DNA of 64,000 nucleotides, taken from Spirochaetia bacterium. GTDB taxonomy: Bacteria; Spirochaetota; Spirochaetia; SZUA-6; Bin103. The stretch covers positions 416,001 to 480,000 of the forward strand of contig CBDBOV010000003.1 of assembly GCA_965208575.1 (NCBI GenBank). The letters are read 5' to 3'. Shown one piece after another: positions 1-9,978 of this stretch (position 1 is its first letter; each line of letters begins with the position of its first letter). The notes beneath the pieces are model-generated. The model was not told where the DNA came from, searched no databases, and saw only the letters and a program-made list of their open reading frames with translations. The position numbers and the translations under genes are program-made.

Positions 1-1090
1 CCTCGGCCGCGCGCGGGGCCACTTCCGGATGGAGGGCGAAGGCAGCCTCGACCGCGGTCTGGCCGTGGAACTCCGCCGGGAAGCCGACCTTGAACAGGAT
101 GTTCTCGGCCACGTAGCAGCCGAGCGGCTGGTCGAGGCGCACCTCGGCGCCGCGCAGCACCACGTCCTGAAAGCCCCAGCGCGGCGCGCTGAGCGCGGCC
201 GGATAGCCCATCTCGCCGCGCAGCGCGAGCAGCGCCAGCCACAGCCCGCGGCTGGTGGCGTCGCCGGCGGCCCATGACTTGCGCGACCCGGTGGTGGCTC
301 CGTGGCGGTAGGTGCGCAGGGCGCCGCCGTCGAGGAACGCGTGCGACAGCGCCGCCAGCACCTGCTCGGGGGTGCCGCCGAGCAGTCGGGCGGCCACCCC
401 CGCGCTGGCGATCCGCACCAGGATCACGTGGTCGAGGCCGACGCGGTTGAAGCTGTTCTGCAGGGCGAGGATGCCCTGCACCTCGTACGCCTGGATCTGC
501 GCCGTCAGCAGGTCGCGCACCGCCAGGCCGCGCACCTGGGCGGCCGCGAGCAATGCGCCGAGGTTGTCGGACGGGTGGCCCCACTCGGCCGCCAGCCAGG
601 TGTCGTTGTAGTCCAGCCAGCGGATCAGGGCGCCGGTGTTGAACGCCGCCGTGACCGGGTCGAGCTCCAGCGCCGTGCCCGGCACGCCGGCGGTGGCCGG
701 TACGGGTGCCGCGCCCCCGGCGCGTGTGGCGTCCAGTGAGGGTGCGGCGTCCGGTCGGGGCACGTCCGTGGGCGCGGGCGTGGCCGCCGGCGCGCATGCT
801 GCGTCCGCTACGGGTGCGGCATCGCACGCGTGCGGAGCGCGCGGGGCGGACTCGGCGCCCGGTGCCGGCGCGGCGCCCCGGCCGGCGGCCGGCGGGGCGG
901 TTTGCGGGGCCGGCGCGGCGAGCGGGCCGAGCAGCCGGCGGCACTCCGGCACGTCGAGGGCGAGCAGGGCGCAGCCGAGCGAGTCGAGCAGGCTCTTGCG
1001 CGCGGTGCGGTAGGCCAGCTCGCTGAACTCGGGCGGCGCGGTGAGGTAATCGGTGATCCTGGCCAGGACCGGATCCGCCGCGGTCACCAT
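1..1090 (-). CDS. prpD: 2-methylcitrate dehydratase (3' end beyond the window edge)
   Basis: Manual minus-strand translation from ATG 1090: [61 protein letters not shown]; follows prpC. Confidence 0.93.
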   Translation of the reverse strand, partial: MVTAADPVLARITDYLTAPPEFSELAYRTARKSLLDSLGCALLALDVPECRRLLGPLAAPAPQTAPPAAGRGAAPAPGAESAPRAPHACDAAPVADAACAPAATPAPTDVPRPDAAPSLDATRAGGAAPVPATAGVPGTALELDPVTAAFNTGALIRWLDYNDTWLAAEWGHPSDNLGALLAAAQVRGLAVRDLLTAQIQAYEVQGILALQNSFNRVGLDHVILVRIASAGVAARLLGGTPEQVLAALSHAFLDGGALRTYRHGATTGSRKSWAAGDATSRGLWLALLALRGEMGYPAALSAPRWGFQDVVLRGAEVRLDQPLGCYVAENILFKVGFPAEFHGQTAVEAAFALHPEVAPRAAE

Positions 1091-1252
1091 CCGCGAACCA
1101 GTCTGTACGGTCACGCCGCGGTACCGAGGACGATGAACACCGATGCCGGAGCATCGCCCACCGGCCGGCTCGTTCGGACCCGGCTCGAGGGGGAACCCGG
1201 TGCGGTGCCGGGAGCGGCCCGGCTTGGCGCGACGACTGAGCGCATCGGGTAT

Positions 1253-1277
1253 CGGCGGGGGAGGAGTGCCCCCGCCG
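1253..1277. terminator. Hairpin just downstream of prpC (possible terminator or mRNA stabiliser)
   Basis: CGGCGGGGG-AGGAGTG-CCCCCGCCG, perfect 9-bp stem, no clear U-tract. Confidence 0.35.
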
Positions 1278-1282
1278 GCCGC

Positions 1283-2440
1283 CTAGGCGCCATCGCGCCG
1301 ATGCGGGCCGGGCAGCGGCCGCGGCGGTGGGCCGGTGTAGGCCGCGGTGGGGCGGATCAGCCGATTGTCGGCGCGTTGCTCGAGGTAGTGCGCGGCCCAG
1401 CCGGCGACGCGGCTGATCACGAATAACGGCGTGAACAGCGGGGTGGGGATACCGCAGTTGTGAAACAGCAGCGCGCTGTAGAAGTCGAGGTTGGGAAACA
1501 GCTTCTTCTCGCGCCGCATCACCGCCTCGATGCGCTGCGCGACGGCGAACTGCCGGCGCTGCTCGCCGGATGCCGCCAGCCGCTCGGCCCAGCGCTTCAC
1601 CACCGGGCTGCGCGGATCGGACTCGCGGTACACGCGGTGTCCGAATCCCATGACCAGCTCGCGGCGGGCGAGCATCTGCAGCAGGGCGCGCTCCGCTTCG
1701 CCGGGGTCGTGCAACCGCTCGATCAGGGCCATGGCGGCCTCGTTGGCGCCGCCGTGCAGCGGGCCGCGCAGGGCGGCGATGCCGGCCGTCATCGCGGAGT
1801 GGAAGTCGCTCAGGGTCGAGGCCACCACCCGCGCCGCGAAGGTGGACGCGTTGAACTCGTGCTCGGCGTACAGGATCAGGGCCGCATCCAGGGCGGCGAC
1901 CTGGTCGGCGCTCGCGGCGCCGGGGCCGCGCAGCAGGTCGAGAATCCAGGCGGCCAGCGATGGTGCGCCGCCGCCCACGTCGAGGCGCTCGCCGCCGGCG
2001 GCGAACGCGTGCTGGTACAGCAGCGCGCCCGGCAGCAGCGCCAGCAGGCCGTCCGCCTGGCCGCGGACGGCGGCCGGATCGTACGGGGCGGCGCCCGCGC
2101 CGGCGCCGGCGGCGGTTTGGGCCTCGGCGCCCGCGAACGAGCACGCGGTACGCAGCACGTCCATGGGATGGGAGGCCGCCGGCATCGCCTCCAGCACGCG
2201 GCGCAGGGCGGCGCTCAGACCGCGCCGCGCGCGCAGCGCGCGCCGATAGTCCTGCAGCCCGGCGGGGCCGGGCAGTTCGCCATGGATGAGCAGGTACGCG
2301 CACTGCTCGTAGGTGGCGTGCGCGGCCAGCTCCTCGATCGGGTAGCCGCGGTAGGTGAGTCCGGCGCCGCTCTTGCCCACCGTGCTTACCTCCGTCTCGC
2401 CGGCCACCACGCCGGCCAGCCCCGCGCTGCCGCTGCTCAT
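1283..2440 (-). CDS. prpC: 2-methylcitrate synthase
   Basis: Citrate-synthase motifs LTYRGY, AEHEFNASTF, GPLHGGANE, MGFGHRVY, PNLDFY; between prpB and prpD. Confidence 0.93.
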   Translation of the reverse strand: MSSGSAGLAGVVAGETEVSTVGKSGAGLTYRGYPIEELAAHATYEQCAYLLIHGELPGPAGLQDYRRALRARRGLSAALRRVLEAMPAASHPMDVLRTACSFAGAEAQTAAGAGAGAAPYDPAAVRGQADGLLALLPGALLYQHAFAAGGERLDVGGGAPSLAAWILDLLRGPGAASADQVAALDAALILYAEHEFNASTFAARVVASTLSDFHSAMTAGIAALRGPLHGGANEAAMALIERLHDPGEAERALLQMLARRELVMGFGHRVYRESDPRSPVVKRWAERLAASGEQRRQFAVAQRIEAVMRREKKLFPNLDFYSALLFHNCGIPTPLFTPLFVISRVAGWAAHYLEQRADNRLIRPTAAYTGPPPRPLPGPHRRDGA

Positions 2441-3321
2441 CCGATTCCATCCTCCCGACCGCGCTGCCGTGCGAGCAGCCGGTCCATGCGTTCTTCGTAG
2501 GCGGCATAGTTCAACACCCGGTACAGTTCCGCCCGGGTCTGCAGCTCGGCGAGCACGGCGTGCTGGCCGCCCTGCTCGCGCAGCACCCGGTAGGCGCGCT
2601 GTGCGGCATGGCTCATGGCCCGGAACGCGGTGAGTGGATACAGCACCATCGCCACGCCGTGCGCGGCCAGCTCGTCCAGGGTGAACAGCGGGCTCACGCC
2701 GAATTCGGTCATGTTGGCCAGGATCGGCACCCCGGCGGCGTCCGCGGCGCGCCGGTACTGGTCGAGTGCGGTGGCCGCCTCGAAGAAGATCGCGTCGGCG
2801 CCGGCGGCGGCGTACGCGGCGCAGCGCTGCACGGCCCGCTCGGGGCCCTCCGCGGCCAGCGCATCGGTGCGGGCCATGACTACCAAGTCGCCGGCGCCGC
2901 GTGCCGCCACCGCCGCCGCGATACGGTCGGCCATCTCCGGTGCGCTGACCAGGGCCTTGCCGAGGCGGTGGCCGCAGCGCTTGGCGGACACCTGGTCCTC
3001 GAGGTGGACGGCGGCCGCGCCGGCCGCGGTCATCTCGCGCACCATCCGTTCGATGGCGAGGCCGTCGCCGAAGCCGGTGTCGACATCGACCAGCAGCGGC
3101 AGATCGGTGGCCGCGGTGATGCGGCGCGCCTCGGCCACCACCTCCGACAGGGTGGTCATGGCCAGGTCCGGCAGGCCGAAGGCCGCGTTGGCGACGCCGG
3201 CGCCCGACAGGTACAGGGCGCGAAAGCCGGCGTCCGCGGCGAGCAGCGCAGCGTAGGCGTTGATCGCCCCCGGGATCTGCAGCGGCCGCTCCGCCTCGAG
3301 TGCCGCGAGCAACCTGTTCAT
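2437..3321 (-). CDS. prpB: Methylisocitrate lyase
   Basis: YLSGAG, VDVDTGFG, EDQVSAKRCGH, ARTDA, LANMTEFG; start moved to ATG 3321; overlaps prpC start by 4 bp. Confidence 0.93.
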   Translation of the reverse strand: MNRLLAALEAERPLQIPGAINAYAALLAADAGFRALYLSGAGVANAAFGLPDLAMTTLSEVVAEARRITAATDLPLLVDVDTGFGDGLAIERMVREMTAAGAAAVHLEDQVSAKRCGHRLGKALVSAPEMADRIAAAVAARGAGDLVVMARTDALAAEGPERAVQRCAAYAAAGADAIFFEAATALDQYRRAADAAGVPILANMTEFGVSPLFTLDELAAHGVAMVLYPLTAFRAMSHAAQRAYRVLREQGGQHAVLAELQTRAELYRVLNYAAYEERMDRLLARQRGREDGIG

Positions 3322-3427
3322 GAGCGGAAAAGTGCCACCTGCGGCAGTGTGTCGCCGCGCGCCGGGCCGGTCAACCGGCGCACTTGCCGGGTTTCGCTTG
3401 ATGCGCTTGCTGCGCTTGCCGGGCGCG

Positions 3428-3457
3428 TTGACAGGAGGACGGGCGGTCCGGTAGGCT
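3428..3457 (+). promoter_or_regulatory. Sigma70-type promoter for riboswitch/btu-cob operon
   Basis: TTGACA-N18-TAGGCT directly upstream of the riboswitch. Confidence 0.55.
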
Positions 3458-3483
3458 GCGAAGCAGAAATTCATTCAGGCCAA

Positions 3484-3685
3484 CCCGTCCGGTGCCCGAG
3501 GATGCCAGCCGCATCGTTCGGGGTAACAGGGAAAGCGGTGAGAATCCGCTGCGGAGGGCCCACTGTGACCGGCGAGCCAGCCGCCGCAAAGCCACTGTCC
3601 TCATGGCGCGCACCTGCGCCGCCGCGGGATGGGAAGGGGGCGGGCGAGGCGACGACCCGGGAGCCAGGAGACCTACCGGGCAGGG
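3484..3685 (+). ncRNA. Cobalamin riboswitch
   Basis: Conserved elements GGTGCCC, AACAGGGAA-GCGGTGAGAATCCGC, CCCACTGTGA, GCCACTG, GGGAAGG, AGCCAGGAGACCT upstream of btu/cob genes. Confidence 0.92.
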
Positions 3686-3802
3686 CTGAGCGGCCGCTCT
3701 CCGTCCAGGGAGCGCCTCGGGATTAGCGCCTTGTTCGAATCCCACGATGGTTGTCGGGGGATGTCGGTCACAGGCCTCGTGGCTGTCTTCACCCCTTGAA
3801 GG

Positions 3803-4930
3803 ATGCCGAGCGGCAAAGGAGTCGGGTTGCCCGTCGGCATCTCCCGTGCGCCCCTGTGGCGGCGGTTTGCACGTTCTCCATCCGCGTCCGGGTCGCCGGT
3901 GGTGCTGCGCCTTGCCCGCGGCACGGTGCTGCTCGCCGGCGCCGGCGTCGTGCTGGTGGTGACCGCGGCGGCGCTCGGGTCGTACGCGATTCCCCTGGCG
4001 GAGACCGCGGCAATCCTGCTTGACCTGGTGGGCCTGGGGGCTGGCGGCACCGCTGGCGACACCGAGCGGGCGATCGTGGCAACGATCCGGCTGCCGCGCA
4101 TCGTGCTGGCGCTGCTGGTGGGCGCCGCGCTCGGCACCGCCGGGGCGGTGATGCAGGGGCTGTTCCGCAACCCGATGGCCGATCCGGGGATTATCGGCGT
4201 GTCCACCGGCGGGGCACTGGGAGCGGTGATCGCGATTGCCGTCGGTGCGCAGGCGGCGGTCCCGCTGGCGCTGCCGGCGATGGCGTTCGCGGGAGCCGCC
4301 GGCGCCCTGGCGCTGGTATTCGCGGTGGCATCGGTGGGCGGTCGCTTCTCGATGGCTGCGCTGCTGCTGGCCGGGGTGGCGGTGAGCCTGTTCCTGGCCG
4401 CCATCATCTCCGCCATCGTGCTGTTCACCGAGGATCTGGGTGCGCAGCGCGAAATGATCTTCTGGCTCGCCGGCGGCCTCGATGCGTCGCGCTGGACGCA
4501 CGTGCGGCTGGCCGCGCCGTTCATGCTGGCGGGGCTGGCGGCGGCGGTGCTGCTGGCGCGCGATCTCAACCTGCTCACCCTGAGCGAGGAGGAGGCGCGC
4601 GCGCTGGGCGTGCGCGTCGGCATAACCCGTACCGTCCTGCTGCTCGCCGCTTCGCTGGTCACCGGGACCGCGGTCGCGTTCTCCGGCACGATCGCGTTCG
4701 TCGGGCTGATCGTGCCGCACGCGCTGCGGCTGCTGGCCGGCGCCGACCATCGCGTGCTGGTGCCGCTGAGCGCGCTGGGCGGGGCGCTGTTCCTGCTCGC
4801 CGCCGATACCCTGGCGCGGCTGGTCATCGCCCCGGCGGAGATGCGCGTCGGCATTATCACGTCGCTCGTGGGAGCGCCGTTCTTCATCCTGCTGCTGGCT
4901 CGCCACAAGGCGCGGGCTGGAGCTATGTAA
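3803..4930 (+). CDS. btuC: Cobalamin/iron-chelate ABC permease (FecCD family)
   Basis: IRLPRIVLALLVGAALG, QGLFRNPMADP, EEEARALG, FVGLIVPH; riboswitch upstream; start uncertain. Confidence 0.85.
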   Translation: MPSGKGVGLPVGISRAPLWRRFARSPSASGSPVVLRLARGTVLLAGAGVVLVVTAAALGSYAIPLAETAAILLDLVGLGAGGTAGDTERAIVATIRLPRIVLALLVGAALGTAGAVMQGLFRNPMADPGIIGVSTGGALGAVIAIAVGAQAAVPLALPAMAFAGAAGALALVFAVASVGGRFSMAALLLAGVAVSLFLAAIISAIVLFTEDLGAQREMIFWLAGGLDASRWTHVRLAAPFMLAGLAAAVLLARDLNLLTLSEEEARALGVRVGITRTVLLLAASLVTGTAVAFSGTIAFVGLIVPHALRLLAGADHRVLVPLSALGGALFLLAADTLARLVIAPAEMRVGIITSLVGAPFFILLLARHKARAGAM

Positions 4931-4951
4931 CTTACTTTGGAGGAACTAGTT

Positions 4952-5968
4952 ATGATTTTGTTACGAAGGCTGCGCCGAGTCGTTGGCGGAGTGTTGGCCG
5001 GCGCCCTGTTGTGGGGCGCGGCGGCGGGCGCGTTTGCCGACGGGTATCCCGCGGTGGCGGGCATCGTGGACGTGAGCAACCGCGGCTGGCCGCGCGAGGT
5101 GGACAGCGGCGAGGGCCGCGTACGGCTGCAGGCGCCGCCGCAGCGCATCCTGGCGCTGTCGCTCGGCCACGACGAGATGCTGCTCGCCCTGGTCGGGCGG
5201 GAGCGGCTGGCCGGCGTCGGGCCGTTCGCGGCCGACGCCACCTATTCCAACGTCGCCGGCCTGGTTGCCGGGCTCGACACCCTGCCGTCCAAGGATCCGG
5301 AAGGAATCCTGGCCATGCGTCCCGACCTGATCGTGGTGTCGCGGTACACCAAGGCGGACCTGGTGGAGCTGATCAAGGAGACCGGTGTGCCGGTGCTGCG
5401 TACCGCGCTGGAGAACTCCGCGGCGGGCAACATTCCCAATATTCTGCTGCTCGGGTACCTGCTCGGCGCCGAGGAGCGCGCGCTGGAGCTGGTCGCGGAG
5501 ATCGAGGGCCGTATTGCCGCGGTGGCGGAACGGGTGCCGGCGTCCGGCGATCCGGCGATCCCGGCGGTGCTGGCGATCGCCCGCTTTTCGGACACCATCT
5601 ACGCGGCCGGCGGCGGTACCACCGAGGGCGGCATCATCGAGGCGGCCGGCGGCATCAACGCGGCCGCGCGCGGCGGCATCGATGGGCACCAGACGGTGAG
5701 CGTCGAGTCGCTGGCGGCGCTGGCTCCGGAGGTGATCCTGATCACCCAGCCGGCCGAGATGGGCGGCACCGCGCTGCGCGACGAACTGCTCGCGGCGCCG
5801 GCGCTGGCGGCCATTCCCGCGGTCGCCGAGGGGCGCGTGCTGGTGGTGGCGCCGCGCTACTACACCACGCTGTCGCACTGGAACGTGCGCGGCATCGAGG
5901 AGACCGCCCGCCTGCTGTATCCGGATCGATTCGCGGGGGTGGAATTCGCCGACTTCGCCCCCTACTGA
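4952..5968 (+). CDS. btuF: Cobalamin ABC substrate-binding protein
   Basis: Signal peptide, PPQRILALS, EGILAMRPDLI, IPAVAEGRV; GGAGG before ATG 4952. Confidence 0.8.
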   Translation: MILLRRLRRVVGGVLAGALLWGAAAGAFADGYPAVAGIVDVSNRGWPREVDSGEGRVRLQAPPQRILALSLGHDEMLLALVGRERLAGVGPFAADATYSNVAGLVAGLDTLPSKDPEGILAMRPDLIVVSRYTKADLVELIKETGVPVLRTALENSAAGNIPNILLLGYLLGAEERALELVAEIEGRIAAVAERVPASGDPAIPAVLAIARFSDTIYAAGGGTTEGGIIEAAGGINAAARGGIDGHQTVSVESLAALAPEVILITQPAEMGGTALRDELLAAPALAAIPAVAEGRVLVVAPRYYTTLSHWNVRGIEETARLLYPDRFAGVEFADFAPY

Positions 5969-5979
5969 CCGCCAGCCGG

Positions 5980-6867
5980 ATGGATCGCCGCTCGAATGCA
6001 GCCGGAGTTTCGCCACCGGCTGCCGGCAGCAGGGCCGTGACTGCGCCGTTTGCCGGCAACGACCTTGCCGCCCGCGCCGTGTCGGTGCGCCTCGGCGGCG
6101 TGCCGGTGCTGCGCTCGGTGTCGATGACCGCGCGAGCCGGCGAGGTGACCGGGGTGATCGGACCCAACGGGGCGGGCAAGAGCACGCTGCTGCGTGTGCT
6201 CGCCGGCGTGCTGGCGGCGGAGTCGGGGTCGGTGCGCCTCGGAGCGGTGGAACTGGCGGGTATCGCCTCCCGGCTCCGAGCGCAGCGCATCGCATACCTG
6301 CCGCAGCAGGACGCGGCGCAGCCGTTCACCGCGTTGGAGACCGTGCTCATGGGCCGCTACCCCTACCTGCGGCGGTTTCAACTGGAGGGGCGCCGCGACC
6401 GGCAGATCGCGCGTGCCGCGCTGGCGCGCACCGAGAGCAGGCGGTTCGAAGCGCGCGGCCTCGACCGCCTGTCGGGCGGCGAGCGGCAGCGCGTCCTGCT
6501 GGCGCGCGCGCTGGCCCAGCAGGCGGGCGCGCTGGTGCTCGACGAGCCGCTGGCGAGTCTCGACCTGCGCCACCGGCTGGCGGTGATGGCAACCCTGCGG
6601 CGCGAGGCGGCGGGCGGCGCGGCCGTGGTGGTGGCACTGCACGACGTGGAACTGTCCGGCCGCTACTGCGACCGGCTGGTGTTGCTGGCGGCGGGGCGGG
6701 TGGCTGGCTACGGCAGCCCCCGCGAGGTGCTGGTCCCGGAGCAGTTCAGGGCGGTGTTCGGCGTGGAGGCACGGGTGTCGCGGGACGCGGCAACCGGAGA
6801 GCCGCGGGTGTGGCTGGTCGGTCCGAGCGAGCGTGCCGGCGCGGAGGCGCTCGATGGCCTCGACTGA
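5980..6867 (+). CDS. btuD: Cobalamin ABC ATP-binding protein
   Basis: GPNGAGKST, LSGGERQR, VLDEP, H-loop; start ATG 5980 or GTG 6037. Confidence 0.85.
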   Translation: MDRRSNAAGVSPPAAGSRAVTAPFAGNDLAARAVSVRLGGVPVLRSVSMTARAGEVTGVIGPNGAGKSTLLRVLAGVLAAESGSVRLGAVELAGIASRLRAQRIAYLPQQDAAQPFTALETVLMGRYPYLRRFQLEGRRDRQIARAALARTESRRFEARGLDRLSGGERQRVLLARALAQQAGALVLDEPLASLDLRHRLAVMATLRREAAGGAAVVVALHDVELSGRYCDRLVLLAAGRVAGYGSPREVLVPEQFRAVFGVEARVSRDAATGEPRVWLVGPSERAGAEALDGLD

Positions 6868-7930
6868 CGCGAATCTGGCCGCGGCGCTGGCACGCATCGG
6901 GCCCCTGGACGCGGGCGCGATGCGGCGCGCGGAGGCGCGGCAGCGGGTGCTGACCAAGCCGCCCGGCAGCCTGGGACGGCTGGAGGAGCTGGCGGTGCGG
7001 CTGGCCGGCATGCGCGGCGACGGGCGCCCGCGGGTCGGCGGCAAGGCGCTGGTCGTGGCGGCCGGCGATCACGGCGTGGTGGCACAGGGGGTGACCGGCT
7101 ATCCGCAGGCGGTCACCGCGCAGATGGTGGCCAACCTCCTCGCCGGCGGTGCCGCGGTGAGCGTGATGTGCGGCCGGTTGGGGGTGCGGCAACTGGTGGT
7201 GGATGCGGGCATCGCGGCTCCGGAGCCGGCGCCCGATCCGGCTCTGCGGGTGGTGCGCGCCGGGGCCGGCACCGGTGACATCAGCGAAGGCCCGGCGATG
7301 AGCCGCGAGCAGGCTGTGCGCTGCCTGGAAGCCGGGATCGGGATCGCCGGCGAGGTGGCGTCGGAAGGGGCCGACCTGATTGCCACCGGCGACATGGGGA
7401 TCGGCAACACCACCGCCGCGAGCGCGATCACCGCCGCCGTGACCGGCCGTCCGCCGCAACAGACGACGGGGCGCGGGACCGGGCGCAGCGATGACCAGTT
7501 GCGCCGCAAGATCGCCGTGGTGGAGCGCGCCCTGGCGTGCAACACGCCCGATCGCGGCGACGCGCTCGACGTGCTGGCCAAGGTGGGCGGTTTCGAGATC
7601 GCCGTGCTGGCCGGCGTCATCCTGGGCGCGGCGAGCAGGCGCCGCGCCGTGGTGCTGGACGGCTTCATTGCCGGGGCGGCGGCGCTGGCAGCCGTCCTCC
7701 TGAGTCCGCATGCCCGAGGATACCTGGTCGCCGCGCACCGCTCGGCCGAACCGGGGCACCGCGTCGTGCTGGCGCACCTCGGCCTGAGGCCGCTGCTGGA
7801 CCTGGAACTGCGCCTGGGCGAGGGCAGCGGCGCAGTCCTGGCGATGCCGATCATCGAGGCGGCAGCGGCCTGCCTGGCCGAGATGGCGACGTTCGCCGAG
7901 GCGGGCGTGTCCGACCGCGGCCAGCAATGA
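6854..7930 (+). CDS. cobT: Nicotinate-nucleotide--dimethylbenzimidazole phosphoribosyltransferase
   Basis: LTKPPGSLGRLE, AGDHGV, GDMGIGNTT, GGFEIA, LRLGEGSGA. Confidence 0.95.
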   Translation: MASTDANLAAALARIGPLDAGAMRRAEARQRVLTKPPGSLGRLEELAVRLAGMRGDGRPRVGGKALVVAAGDHGVVAQGVTGYPQAVTAQMVANLLAGGAAVSVMCGRLGVRQLVVDAGIAAPEPAPDPALRVVRAGAGTGDISEGPAMSREQAVRCLEAGIGIAGEVASEGADLIATGDMGIGNTTAASAITAAVTGRPPQQTTGRGTGRSDDQLRRKIAVVERALACNTPDRGDALDVLAKVGGFEIAVLAGVILGAASRRRAVVLDGFIAGAAALAAVLLSPHARGYLVAAHRSAEPGHRVVLAHLGLRPLLDLELRLGEGSGAVLAMPIIEAAAACLAEMATFAEAGVSDRGQQ

Positions 7931-7934
7931 AGCA

Positions 7935-8783
7935 ATGAACGGCCTGCGCGCGGCGCTGACCTTCCTCACCATCCTGCCCGCCGGCGCCGCCAACAGCGCC
8001 GGGGGCACGCGCTCGCTGGCTACCGCACCCGCCTGGTTCCCGTTCGTCGGGCTGCTGCTCGGCGCGATTGCCGCGGCACTCGACCTGCTGTTCGGCGTGA
8101 CCGGCCTGCGGCCCGCTCCCGGTGCGTGCGACGCGGACCGTGCCGCGGCTTGCGGGGCGCTCTCCCTGCTGGCCGCCGCGCTGCTGGTCACCGCGCTGGC
8201 GGTGCTGACGCGCGCGCTGCACCTGGACGGCTTCATGGACACCTGCGACGCGCTACCGGGCGGATTCAGCCGCGCCCGGCGCCTGGAGATCCTGCGCGAC
8301 TCCCGCGTCGGCGCGTTCGCGGTAGTGGGCGTGGTGTGCCTGCTGCTGATCAAGGTCGCCGCGGTCGCCGCGCTGCCTGGCGCGAGCCGGTCCGCAGTCC
8401 TGCTGCTGTTCCCGTGCCTGTCGCGGTGGGCGATGCTGCTCGCGATGCAGATATTTCCGTACGTGCGCGAGCGCGGCGCGGGTACGCCGTTCGCCGACGG
8501 CCGCGGCCGGCGGGCGCTGGTCGCCGGCAGCGGCACGGCCGCGGCGGCCGGGCTGGCGTTGGCCGGCGCGTGGTCACTGGCGCTGCTGGCGCTGGCCGGC
8601 GCGGCCGCCTGGTCGGTGGCGACGGTCGCACGCCGCCTGATCGGTGGCATGACCGGCGACATCTATGGTGCGGTGAACGAGATCGCGGAGGTGGCGGTGC
8701 TCGTTGCGGCGGCGGCGATCACGGCCGGGGGCACCGGCGCCATGGGTTCGCCGGTCGCCGGCTGGTTTGACGGAGCGGGATGA
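7935..8783 (+). CDS. cobS: Adenosylcobinamide-GDP ribazoletransferase
   Basis: FLTILP, LHLDGFMDTCDA, RDSRVGAF, GGMTGDIYGA; membrane protein. Confidence 0.93.
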   Translation: MNGLRAALTFLTILPAGAANSAGGTRSLATAPAWFPFVGLLLGAIAAALDLLFGVTGLRPAPGACDADRAAACGALSLLAAALLVTALAVLTRALHLDGFMDTCDALPGGFSRARRLEILRDSRVGAFAVVGVVCLLLIKVAAVAALPGASRSAVLLLFPCLSRWAMLLAMQIFPYVRERGAGTPFADGRGRRALVAGSGTAAAAGLALAGAWSLALLALAGAAAWSVATVARRLIGGMTGDIYGAVNEIAEVAVLVAAAAITAGGTGAMGSPVAGWFDGAG

Positions 8784-9427
8784 TGGGAGCGAGCAGGTGG
8801 TACCTGGTTCGGCACGGCGAGACCGCCTGGAACCGGGAGTCGCGATTTCAGGGGCAGGCGGATCCGCCGCTCAACGACGCCGGCCGGGCGCAGGCGCGGG
8901 CGGTCGCGCAGCGCCTGGCGGCGGTTTCGTTCGCCGCGGCGTACGCGAGCGACCTGGGCCGGGTCACGGAGACGGCGGCGGCGGTAGCGCACGGCCGCGG
9001 GCTGCGGGTGACCGAGTTGGCCGAGTTGCGCGAGAAGCGCTTCGGCGAGTGGGAGGGCCTGAACTACCGGGAAGCGGAGGCGCGGGATCCGGAGCGCTAC
9101 CGCCGCATCTTCCGCGTACTCACCTACGATGGGCGCACCGCGCCGCCGGGCGGGGAGAGCGACCTGCAGATGCTGCGGCGGGTGTCGGGAGTCGCACGCC
9201 GGCTCCGCGACGAGCATGGCGGGCGCGACGAGAACGTCCTCATCGCGGGACACGGCGGCTCGCTGTGTGCGCTGATCGTGTCCCTGTTGGGGCTGCCGGC
9301 ACGGGCGATCTGGCGGTTCAGGCTGTCCAATTGCGGACTGTCGCAGGTCACGGTGTTTGACGACGGCGCCGCGACGCTGGACCGGTTCAACGACACCGGC
9401 CACCTGCGCTCATGCGCGGCGCACTGA
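8780..9427 (+). CDS. cobC: Histidine phosphatase, probable alpha-ribazole/adenosylcobalamin phosphatase
   Basis: RHGET, SDLGR, FGEWEG, PGGES, HGG motifs; cob operon position. Confidence 0.8.
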   Translation: MMGASRWYLVRHGETAWNRESRFQGQADPPLNDAGRAQARAVAQRLAAVSFAAAYASDLGRVTETAAAVAHGRGLRVTELAELREKRFGEWEGLNYREAEARDPERYRRIFRVLTYDGRTAPPGGESDLQMLRRVSGVARRLRDEHGGRDENVLIAGHGGSLCALIVSLLGLPARAIWRFRLSNCGLSQVTVFDDGAATLDRFNDTGHLRSCAAH

Positions 9428-9978
9428 CCTTCATCGTCGGCGGCGCCCGCTCCGGGAAGAGCGCGCGCGCCGAGCAGCTCGCGGCGAGCGGCGAGCGGGT
9501 GTTGTACGTCGCCACGGCCGAGGGGCGGGACGAGGAAATGCGCAGCCGCATCGCCGCTCACCGTGCCGCACGGCCGGAGCACTGGGACACGCTGGAGGAA
9601 CCGCTCCACCTGGCGGGCGCGTTGCGGTCCGTTCACCACCGCTACGACACCGTGTTGATCGATTGCCTCACCCTGTGGGTCAGCAACCTGCTGCTCGACC
9701 GGCCGGGGAGCGCGTCCGAGGGCGATCTCGAGGAGCGTATCCTGCTTTCTGCAAACGAGTTGTTGGATGTCCACGAGGGTTCGCACGCGAACTGGATCTT
9801 GGTGAGCAACGAGGTCGGGCTGGGCGTGGTGCCGCCGTCGCCGTTGGGGCGCGCCTACCGCGATGCGCTCGGCCGGGTCAACCAGGCGGTCGCCACCCGC
9901 GCCGGCGAGGTGTGCCTGATGGTGGCGGGCCTGCCGCTGCAGATCAAACCATCGGCGAAAGGAGACGTGGAGCAATGA
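9412..9978 (+). CDS. cobU: Adenosylcobinamide kinase / cobinamide-phosphate guanylyltransferase
   Basis: GGARSGKS, YVATA, DCLTLW, VSNEVGLGVVP. Confidence 0.95.
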   Translation: MRGALTFIVGGARSGKSARAEQLAASGERVLYVATAEGRDEEMRSRIAAHRAARPEHWDTLEEPLHLAGALRSVHHRYDTVLIDCLTLWVSNLLLDRPGSASEGDLEERILLSANELLDVHEGSHANWILVSNEVGLGVVPPSPLGRAYRDALGRVNQAVATRAGEVCLMVAGLPLQIKPSAKGDVEQ

